From NCBI GenBank assembly GCA_036867785.1, contig CP145411.1, positions 1,178,001 to 1,242,000 on the forward strand: a stretch of DNA of 64,000 nucleotides, written 5' to 3'. The notes under the pieces are model-generated. The model made no database searches and was not told where the DNA came from. It worked only from the letters and a program-made list of their open reading frames with translations. Within the stretch, counting starts at the first letter, position 1, and each line of letters opens with the position of its first letter. This document shows, in pieces, positions 49,414 through 58,110 of the stretch. Both the position numbers and the translations under genes were made by a program. This DNA is from Plasmodiophora brassicae. Its lineage: Eukaryota.

Positions 49414-49747
49414 GCGGGTGGGGCGGGGATCCAATTGGGGCCCCCCCGTTCTATCGGCCCGGTCCTGTCCGGGTCCCTGGGACGGTGCAGTGCGTGTCGC
49501 GCGAGGGGCCTCCGCTGGCTGTGCTGGCTGCGCGCCCTCCTCCTCAGTGTCCGCTATATTACTATCCCGCAGACGACTGACGGACACGAAGGCCGCGCGG
49601 ACCGAACTGGACCGCCCACCCCGCGACCCGCACTTTTTCGTGGACCGGTCGCGGGTGACTGTGACAGGTCATGCCGCGGCCCCGAAATAGGCCGGCCATA
49701 CTAAGTACAGTAGGGCCAGCCGTCTTTATTACGTACCTACATATACA

Positions 49748-50713
49748 TCATTCCACCTTCCTGGGACGACGTTCGAAATCGTCAATGTTCTTCGCGATGT
49801 AGGGCAGGCGGAAATGCTTGGCTTGACAGTCGCCTTCATGGTACAGGGCTTCGTTGAGGCCAACGTCCTGCTGTCTGCGGAGCGTTCGCAGCATGGCCTG
49901 GACAATTTCTGGCGGGTTCGACGCGATCTGTGCGGCAAGCTGCCCGGCGCGCTCCTTGACGCTGTCAACGCCATCGGCAACCTCGGATACGATGCCGAGA
50001 TCGTACGCCTGCCTCCCGGTTAATACCTCGCCCGTCAGCAGCAAACGTGTCGCAATGTCCGGCCGAACTAGTTTGGGCAGGTAGTAACTGCCAGCCATTC
50101 CTGGACGCGGCGCACGTCATGACGCTGGACCTGGGTAGGAGAGCCATAGACCCTGAACCTGAGTGGATTCCGAGCCGGGCGAAGTTGAATGACAACTTGG
50201 CCGAGGATTCGCAGATGCGATAGTCGCAGGCCAGGGCGAGGCATATGCCAGCGCCAAACGCGGTCCCGTTGATTGCAGCAACCACCGGCACTCGTGACTT
50301 GCGGACGACCAGGAACCTGGAATAGAACTCGACGAGCTGGGCCCTGTACGATACAAGTGATACATATCGACGCGAGGAACGGTCTACGACTACAGTCGAC
50401 GTACGCGGATTCCCTGGGATCGCCATCGATTCGTTGCTTTAGGAATCCGAGGTTGCCGCCGGAGCTGAATGCGGGGCCCGCTCCAGTGACGACGAGCGCC
50501 CGGACGCTCATGTCCCGGTTAGCGGCTACGACGGCCGCCTTGAAGGCACCTCCTCTACGATGGCCAAACCCGGTTAGGCGCAGCGGATGCACGGTCACAT
50601 GTGCGATCGGACACGTCGGGTGTCATCGAATTGAGCGTACGTGGCGTGTTTAGAACCAAGGTGCGCACGCCCGCCGCCGACGTTGACAGCAAGACATGCG
50701 CCCCGGAAGCCAT
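49748..50713 (-). CDS. Enoyl-CoA hydratase/isomerase (crotonase) family protein, multi-exon
   Basis: LNTPRTLNSM, VVTGAGPAFSSGGNL, PVVAAINGTAFGAGICLALACDYR, FARLGIH, LLLTGEVLTGRQAYDLGIV. Confidence 0.92.
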
Positions 50714-50860
50714 CGCCTACCGACTAATTTTAACCGTCGCGCGATCGGCCACAGCCGTCTCGCTCAGGCGTGCGCGTCGGTTGACTCTCTGTTCATGCGA
50801 CGCAGGCACAAGATAGGACGACTGTAGACCAGTCGGTGGTGCGAGTACATCAATCATGAG

Positions 50861-52219
50861 CTATGGTTCGGCGAGCAGCGGTTTGGTGAGTTCCGAGGAC
50901 GAACCAGGCGGCAATATGGGTGCCGCTAGAACCGCTAGAGCGACCCCGAGTATGCAGGTGGCGAATATGGATGCACCCATGGACATGCCCACATACTGGA
51001 GCAGGGCGCCGCCCACCACGGGCCCGATGATCTCGCCCAGGCTATACGACGCGATGACGACGCCAGAAACGACGTCCGTCGCGCCAGCTCCCAGGTGCTT
51101 CGTCAGCTCCACCATCTGCGGCACGACAGGTACGAGTACCATGGCGGCTCCCGCCGACAGGAACACGAGCGACCCGCATCGTAACGACAGCGCTCTGGGG
51201 ATGAACCCAATCGGGGCGGGCCCAAGCACACACAACGACGCGGCAACGAGCGACAATCCGAAGACGATCAGACCCCGCGTATTGGCAGGCGTTGACACCC
51301 ATCCGATGGCGGGTGCCGCCAGAGCGTAGATCAACGAGATCATGACGAACAGAAGGCCGACTGAGGACGGGGACACGTTCTGCGACGCGAGTTCCGGTTG
51401 CAGGGCCAGGTCCAGGAACGAGAACACGGCCATGCCGACGACGGACGCGGCGAAGATTAGCGCGACCCCTGGCGTGGTCATGATCTGGTACACGGTCACC
51501 TGCGACCGCTTCCGAGGCGTTTTGTCGCGCCTTGGAATAAGGCACATCAGCGGAACAATCGTTATCAGGGTCAGGGCGCCAACGACGAAGAACGGCAACC
51601 GGAAGCCGCCGTACTCGAACAGGAACCCGCCGAGGAGCGGGCCGAGCATGTACCCGACAGATACAGATGCCGCAAGGAGCCCGGCCACCTTGCCGACGTC
51701 GCACCCGGTGAACATCGACGCTATAAGTGCTTCCGACCCAGTCGACGAGGCGGCACTACCGATGCCCTGTACGAGACGAACGGCGAGGCCGGCCACGACA
51801 AACGGCGTCCCTTTGAAATCGTCGATGAGTGCGAAGGCGGCCGTGGAGATGCCCGAGGCGATAACGCCGGTCAGGATGAGCGCTTTGGGACCCAGGATCG
51901 GGATCAACATTCCGAACGTGGGGGCGGTTACCAGGACAGCAAACGGGAGCACGGACAGGACGGCACCGGCATCCACGAGCGAGACGTCGTGGCGGACGGC
52001 CTCCCCAGGGAAGAACGGGCCGACCAGCGACAGCGGCAGGGCCAGGACCAGGCTCAACATGCAGAGGACGACGCATGTGGCCGTATATCGGGGGTGCGTC
52101 GTCGGAGCCACGTCCGTCCCCTTTGGCAAGTTACAGGTGACGGGCTGATGGGCGTATGTGTCGTCAGTGTCAGAAGGCATGTGTGTCGGTGATGGCCCAT
52201 CCACGGGCCCAGCCGGCAT
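50861..52219 (-). CDS. MFS transporter, SLC18B1-like (tandem copy 1), intronless
   Basis: About 12 TM segments; GPFFPGEA, RLVQGIGSA, GPLLGGFLFEYGGFRLPF, SLGEIIGPVVGG. Confidence 0.92.
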   Translation of the reverse strand: MPAGPVDGPSPTHMPSDTDDTYAHQPVTCNLPKGTDVAPTTHPRYTATCVVLCMLSLVLALPLSLVGPFFPGEAVRHDVSLVDAGAVLSVLPFAVLVTAPTFGMLIPILGPKALILTGVIASGISTAAFALIDDFKGTPFVVAGLAVRLVQGIGSAASSTGSEALIASMFTGCDVGKVAGLLAASVSVGYMLGPLLGGFLFEYGGFRLPFFVVGALTLITIVPLMCLIPRRDKTPRKRSQVTVYQIMTTPGVALIFAASVVGMAVFSFLDLALQPELASQNVSPSSVGLLFVMISLIYALAAPAIGWVSTPANTRGLIVFGLSLVAASLCVLGPAPIGFIPRALSLRCGSLVFLSAGAAMVLVPVVPQMVELTKHLGAGATDVVSGVVIASYSLGEIIGPVVGGALLQYVGMSMGASIFATCILGVALAVLAAPILPPGSSSELTKPLLAEP

Positions 52220-52619
52220 GACCTACCGGATAACCTATAGCGATCCTCCTCACACTGGCTGATAGGGCACGACGTCAGTACTGTAGGTCCCTTGAGTAGA
52301 CCGACCCTATACACTGTACCTACCATCAGAATCATAACGGGAGTCTGTCTGACAGCCCCTCCCCATAGTGCTTCCTGGCGAAGGGCATCTGCAATCCTGA
52401 ATGTGCAGGTTGCAGATGGCTCAGCGGTCGGCATTCAACAGGGTTCTGTCGACTCAGTCTGGACGTGATGCGACTGATACGAGAATGTCAACCATGTGAA
52501 TCGCGCTAAACCAGAGATGCCTGAAAAGAAAGATGACGGATGCATTTCGTCCAAAGGCCGATCGGACTGATTCCCGCCATGCCGAACACTATACGACGCG
52601 ACTGGATTCGAAGATCCTG

Positions 52620-52785
52620 GAGGTTCCAAGAAGCGCTGTTCTACCTGCCCGATGACGACGTGGTGGACGTCGTCCTGAAGTGGTGGCGCCTGCATTCTTC
52701 ACGTAATCGTCTGGTGCTGCACGCGCTCTGGCTCGGTTTACGAGCAATGCCTATGCGATGAGAGGCGTTGAGTAAGCTGATCGGC
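52620..52785 (+). mobile_element. Possible degraded hAT transposase C-terminal dimerization-domain fragment
   Basis: FYLPDDDVVDVVLKWWRLHSSR...LRAMP.R*EALS resembles hAT YL...D.L.WW....S.YP.L...LAIP...ERAFS, with an in-frame stop. No TIRs identified. Confidence 0.3.
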
Positions 52786-52928
52786 TGACGCCGACGTTGA
52801 ACCCGCGAACACGAGAAGGTGAAACGTCGACCTACTTGGCGTTCCGCCCGATTTGCATTTGCAATAGGTTACGCAAGGCGAGCTCCAGCAGATTGGATAT
52901 TGTATTGTGGAATATATCAGACAATGGA

Positions 52929-54263
52929 CTAGGGTTCTGCAACAGGATACTTGCCGGCGAGCAGAGGTTTGGCGAGTTCCGAGGACGAACCGGGCGGCAA
53001 CATGGGTGCCGCTAGAATGGCTAGTGCGATGCCGAGTATGCAGGTGGCGAATATGGATGCACCCAGGGACATGCCCACGTACTGGAGCAGGGCGCCGCCC
53101 ACGACGGGACCGATGATCTCCCCCAGGCTATACGACGCGATGACGACGCCAGAAACGACGTCCGTCGCGCCAGCGCCCAGGTGCTTTGTCAGCTCCACCA
53201 TCTGCGGCACGACTGGTACGAGTACCATGGCGGCTCCCGCCGACAGGAACACGAGCGACCCGCATCGTAACGACAACGCTCTGGGGATGAACCCAACCGG
53301 GGCGGGCCCAAGCACACACAACGACGCGGCAACGAGCGACAATCCGAAGACGATCAGACCCCGCGTATTGGCTGGCGTTGACACCCATCCGATGGCGGGT
53401 GCCGCCAGAGCGTAGATGAACGAGATCATGACGAACAGAAGGCCGACCGAGGACGGGGATACGTTCTGCGACGCGAGTTCCGGTTGCAGGGCCAGATCCA
53501 GGAACGAGAACACGGTCATGCCGACGACGGACGCGGCGAAGATCAGCGCGACCCCTGGCGTGGTCATGATCTGGTACACGGTCACCTGCGACCGCTTCCG
53601 AAGCGCCTTGTCGCGCCTTGGAATGAGCCACATCAGCGGGATAACGGTCGTCAGGGTCAGGGCGCCAACGACGAAGAACGGCAACTGGAAGCCACCGTAC
53701 TCGAACAGGAACCCGCCGAGGAACGGCCCGAACATGAATCCGATAGATCCGCACACCTCGAGGAACCCGGCCATCTTGCCGATGCTGCACCCGGTGAACA
53801 TCGACGTCATCAGCGCGTCCGACCCGGTCGACGAGGCGGCGCTACCGATGCCCTGTATGATACGAATCGCGAAGCCGGACACGACGAACGGCGTCCCGTT
53901 GAAATCGTCGATGAGTGCGAAGGCGGCCGTGGAGATGCCCGTGACGACACTGCCAGTCAGGATGAGCGCTTTGGGGCCCAGGATCGGGATCAGCATGCCG
54001 AACATGGGGGCGGTGACCAGGACGGCGAACGGGAACACGGACAGGATGGCACCGGCGGCCACGAGCGAAACGTCGTGGCGGACGGCCTCCCCGGGGAAGA
54101 ACGGGCCGACCAGCGACAGCGGCAGGGCCAGGACCAGGCTCAACATGCAGAGGACGACGACGGCAGTGATTCGGGGCCGCGTCGTCGGACCCGCGGACGC
54201 CTGCTTCGGTACGGTATCGCTGACGGGCTGATAGGCGCACGTGGCGTTCGTGTCAGACGGCAT
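52929..54263 (-). CDS. MFS transporter, SLC18B1-like (tandem copy 2), intronless
   Basis: Close paralog of 50861-52219. Start taken at MPSDTNAT; the ORF extends further upstream. Confidence 0.92.
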   Translation of the reverse strand: MPSDTNATCAYQPVSDTVPKQASAGPTTRPRITAVVVLCMLSLVLALPLSLVGPFFPGEAVRHDVSLVAAGAILSVFPFAVLVTAPMFGMLIPILGPKALILTGSVVTGISTAAFALIDDFNGTPFVVSGFAIRIIQGIGSAASSTGSDALMTSMFTGCSIGKMAGFLEVCGSIGFMFGPFLGGFLFEYGGFQLPFFVVGALTLTTVIPLMWLIPRRDKALRKRSQVTVYQIMTTPGVALIFAASVVGMTVFSFLDLALQPELASQNVSPSSVGLLFVMISFIYALAAPAIGWVSTPANTRGLIVFGLSLVAASLCVLGPAPVGFIPRALSLRCGSLVFLSAGAAMVLVPVVPQMVELTKHLGAGATDVVSGVVIASYSLGEIIGPVVGGALLQYVGMSLGASIFATCILGIALAILAAPMLPPGSSSELAKPLLAGKYPVAEP

Positions 54264-55065
54264 GGCTGTCGGTGTTGTTCCATCCACGGGCCCAGCGGGC
54301 GAATTGCAAGTGACGGCAGCGCGGTGGTCGGCGCAGATCGCGTGGGCGGCGTGAACGCGACGGCAGTGGCCTGGCGCAAAACTGCGCGACCCACCCCGCA
54401 CTGGCAGTAACGACATCAGCAATCTGCGCGCCCCCTCCCCTCGGCCCGCCCCGCCGCCTTTTTGTGGGACACACAGCCGCCTGCGCCGAGTGCAATCCAG
54501 CTGCTGCGTCCGCCCTTCCCAGACTGTCTGCTGCTCCCTCGGGCTGATCGTCCCGGATGCCCTGTGCGCCGGCGGGTGGCGACGGCAGCAGTCGACCAGA
54601 CGGCTCGTGTGCGCTGGTACAGTAGGCGGTGCTGCGCCTCACAGCGCGCCGATGACACTCCTCGTGGAAAAACGCACTTCCACTTGAAGTGTTCTGGCTG
54701 GTAGACTCGCCACCTGTTCTGCCCGTCAACCGGAACAACGTACAGAACGTGACGTCACGCGGTCTCTCGGACGATATGCACTGCGCCAATGGCTCCGGAT
54801 GCGTTTCATGGCCTAGGTAGGCTCCGCCGTTGCGCCGTCTGAGCCGATCGACGTTGGATCGAACCATGCTGATCCACCTGCTGCTATGCTTGGGATACAA
54901 TATGTCAGGACGGGTTCGTGGAATACGGCCCGCTGGCTGGGCAGGGTCCTTTGGCTGACTGTTGACACGATCTAGTGCACATTAGCTATATGTCGTAGTA
55001 GAACCGTACGGTACCCGCAGACCAATCTGCTATTCACCGTTAGGCTAGCATTGTCGTCGCACGGG

Positions 55066-56418
55066 ATGGACGATGCCTACAGCTGGGTGATGTGGACGCT
55101 GCTCTGCGTCCAGGTGTTGCTCTACCTGCCCGCCATGATCCTGTTCCTGGCCCGCATGGACCGGCACCCTATCCGGCCGCGTCTGCCCGTCTTGACGGCC
55201 GTGCTTATCACCTGCTTCGTCATCGACGACATCGTGCAGGGCCTGTGCGTATTGGATTCCGCGGCCCTGCCCGCTGGCCTGTTCGCCTGGGTGAGCGCCC
55301 CCGCCGTCACCGCCCTGTCATCATGTCTGTTCGCGATCGGCAGCGACTGCCTCCTGCTGCGTTACGCGCACGTCTTCTGCCGGTACCGGCTGACGCAGGC
55401 GCGCATCCTGGCGGCCGCCACCGGCCCGGAATCGGGCACCGTCAGCTCCGTTGACCGGTGGCTGCTCAGGCACCCACACGCCGGGTCGCCCCACACGATC
55501 TCGGTAAGCGTGGCGGCCCTGGCCGTCTTCCACGCCGGCATCGCGCTTGTGTACCTGCTCCATCCGTCCGCCTGGCTGACGGCCTGGCAGACGGCCTGGT
55601 CCGCGATGGTGTTCGCCGGCATGGTCGTCTTCGCGTACGCCCTACGGCCGTGCCACGACGGGTTCAGCATCCGATGGGAACTGATCAACGTGACGCGCGT
55701 CTCCTTCGTCGCCGTCGTTGCCGACATCGTGTTCGACGGCGACGGCGTCCCGATCACGTTGCTGGTCCGCTGGGTGGCGATCCAGTCCCTGATCGTCCTA
55801 ACGCTCATCATGCCGCTGGTCTGGTCGGTCCGCCAGGTGGGCCCCGCCCGGGTCACAATGTCAGAGATGCTGGAGACGACCGTGTGTCGGGCCGCCTTCC
55901 GCCTGTTCCTGGCGTCCGAATTCTGCATCGAGAACCTGCTGTTCCTTGACGAGGTCGACGCGTTCCACAGCCGATACTATCGGCGGCACAAGCTCGTGCA
56001 CTTCTCGCCGTCGCTGAGCGCCACGCCCGACAGCGACTCGGTGCTGTCACTGTCGGCCGACAAGCCCATGCCGGACGAGGACAGGTTGCAGGTGGACGCG
56101 CAGCTCATCTACGACAAGTTCATCAAGCGGAACGCGCCGTTCGAGGTGACGCTGTCCGGCAGGTTACGCGACAGATACGCGATGACGTTCGAGGACAGCA
56201 GCAGTGCCGAACCGCAACATCGATTCAAGGTGAGCGACGTTGTGCCCGTCGGGACAGGCATGTCGACGCCACAAGGGTCGCTCCACATGATCTTGGTCGT
56301 CGACAGCAACGTGTTCCGGGAGGCGGCCCGCGAGGTGACGTCCCTGCTGGAGAACGGCCCCTGGGTCCACTTCCAGCAGACGCCGATCGCGCAGGAGCTC
56401 CTGCATATGGGATGTTAG
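55066..56418 (+). CDS. 7TM-RGS protein (membrane-tethered regulator of G-protein signalling), intronless
   Basis: N-terminal hydrophobic helices with PIRPRLP and DGFSIRWEL; RGS box FRLFLASEFCIENLLFL...AQLIYDKFIKRNAPFEVTLS...VFREAAREV..LLE...W..F. Confidence 0.9.
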   Translation: MDDAYSWVMWTLLCVQVLLYLPAMILFLARMDRHPIRPRLPVLTAVLITCFVIDDIVQGLCVLDSAALPAGLFAWVSAPAVTALSSCLFAIGSDCLLLRYAHVFCRYRLTQARILAAATGPESGTVSSVDRWLLRHPHAGSPHTISVSVAALAVFHAGIALVYLLHPSAWLTAWQTAWSAMVFAGMVVFAYALRPCHDGFSIRWELINVTRVSFVAVVADIVFDGDGVPITLLVRWVAIQSLIVLTLIMPLVWSVRQVGPARVTMSEMLETTVCRAAFRLFLASEFCIENLLFLDEVDAFHSRYYRRHKLVHFSPSLSATPDSDSVLSLSADKPMPDEDRLQVDAQLIYDKFIKRNAPFEVTLSGRLRDRYAMTFEDSSSAEPQHRFKVSDVVPVGTGMSTPQGSLHMILVVDSNVFREAAREVTSLLENGPWVHFQQTPIAQELLHMGC

Positions 56419-56543
56419 GTAGGTGGGAGGCAGGCGGCACCCCTTGCCTCTATGTGCCGGTCCTGACGTGAGTCACGGCAGGCTAACCTGGTTCCGGGCG
56501 CGCGATCCTTCCCATGCATACTTGTATACGACGCTGCGCGCCA

Positions 56544-57596
56544 ATGCCGGCCAGACTTCCAAATCGATGCCTGCTGTGGGTCTGGCGGCTGTGCTGCGCC
56601 CTGCTGGCCTGCGTTATCATTGGCATGACCGTCGTCACGTTTGACGTGGGCCTGGGCCGGGCGCTGCTCCCCGTACGGCGACCGTTCTCTGAACCCAACG
56701 TCCACGAGTGCGGTTTCGTCAACATTGTCTCCTACAACGTACAGTCGTTCCCGTCGTGGGCCCAGTCGGCGATATACGCCCCGAACGACGACCGCATCGA
56801 GCATATCGCTGGAACCGACGTCCTGCGGGCGCCGCACGTCGACGTCGTCGTCCTGCAGGAGGCGTTCTCGACGCCGACGGCGACGCGCTTGACGCGCGAC
56901 CTGTCGGCCATGGGCTTCAAACACATCACCAAACCCGGGCGACGATCGCTGCTGTTGAGCGGCGGCGTCCTGGTCGCCACTCGGACGGACGTGGTTCGCG
57001 AGGCCAGCCAGGCGTTCCGCAGGTGCTGTGGCACCGACTGCCTGTCGTTCAAGGGGTTCACCTTCGTGGAGACGCGCATCGACGGGCGATCGGTCGGCAT
57101 CGTCGGCACGCACCTGCAGTCGGACGACCCGCTGTGTGCGTCGTGGTCCACGACGACCTACGAGCAGGCGCGGCGCATCCGACAGGATCAGATTCGCCAG
57201 ATTCGCCAGTTCGTCGACCGGGACGAGAACGCCCACCTCGATGTGGTGATCCTGGCCGGCGACATGAACGTCAACAGGCGTCAGGCGGCGAGTACCGAGC
57301 GGGGCAGTAATCCTGACGAGTGGGCCGAGATGGTTCACGTGCTGGAGGCGGCGCCGATGGTGCTAGAGACGGATGGCGCTCTGACGGACCACTCGGTGGA
57401 TCCGGACACGAACGCGTATCTGAGGCGTTTAGGCGGCCATGCGCACGAGCATCTAGATTACGTTCTTTCGCTGCGCGTCAATGGGCGATCCGGGCCGCCC
57501 CGGGCGACGTCGCTCCGTGTACGTACAGCCAGGCACCCGACCACGAACCGCGACCTGTCCGACCATCATCCCGTCCACGGCCGCGTCCCATTGTGA
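56544..57596 (+). CDS. Neutral sphingomyelinase/phospholipase C-like EEP enzyme with N-terminal signal anchor, intronless
   Basis: SYNV, DVVVLQEAF, SGGVLV, D.LSFKG, GTHLQS, LAGDMN, LDYV, LSDHHPV catalytic motifs. Confidence 0.87.
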   Translation: MPARLPNRCLLWVWRLCCALLACVIIGMTVVTFDVGLGRALLPVRRPFSEPNVHECGFVNIVSYNVQSFPSWAQSAIYAPNDDRIEHIAGTDVLRAPHVDVVVLQEAFSTPTATRLTRDLSAMGFKHITKPGRRSLLLSGGVLVATRTDVVREASQAFRRCCGTDCLSFKGFTFVETRIDGRSVGIVGTHLQSDDPLCASWSTTTYEQARRIRQDQIRQIRQFVDRDENAHLDVVILAGDMNVNRRQAASTERGSNPDEWAEMVHVLEAAPMVLETDGALTDHSVDPDTNAYLRRLGGHAHEHLDYVLSLRVNGRSGPPRATSLRVRTARHPTTNRDLSDHHPVHGRVPL

Positions 57597-57614
57597 ACCT
57601 CGATAAAATCGCCC

Positions 57615-58110
57615 ATGGCGTCGTCAGCGTCTGCAACGTTGCAGGTCAAGCAGAGTCCCTGCTGCCGTTAGGCCGGGAGGAGGGATTGCCCCCTCATAAT
57701 ACTCCCTCTGTCCGGGAATGATTGTCCGGTTTCAGTTGGTCAGAAGGCAACAGTGATGAAACCGCTGATTCGTTGCGGGGGACGCAAATTGAGGGCGGTA
57801 GGTAGCGGAGATGGCGAGCATTGACCAGGTCGCAACAAGCGTTTCTGGGCAACCACCTTACGACCGAACAGTTATACGAGAGTCTGGACACTGATGCGTT
57901 CGAGAACGATCTGCCCGAGATTGAGATGGACCTTGATGACGGCAACACCGATGAAGATGCGCTCTGTGGCGTCCCTGCTCCCGGAATGAAGGTCGGAAGC
58001 CAACTAGAAAGGGTGCAGGCGCCGGCGCCCCCATTGTCGGTGCAGGGCGCTCATCTGGCCCCCGAAACGTGCCACGTACGGCGACGGTCGACCGTATATT
58101 CTAAGGTTCA
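57615..58110 (+). CDS. Possible small acidic hypothetical gene (multi-exon); end unresolved
   Basis: Phase-consistent GT-AG splicing gives MASSASATLQVKQSPCC|LGQKATVMKPLIRCGGRKLRA|LYESLDTDAFENDLPEIEMDLDDG... Confidence 0.35.

Noticed and set aside
57700-57714. Stowaway-like TIR TACTCCCTCTGTCC
   Set aside because: No proper second TIR with a TA target duplication was found.
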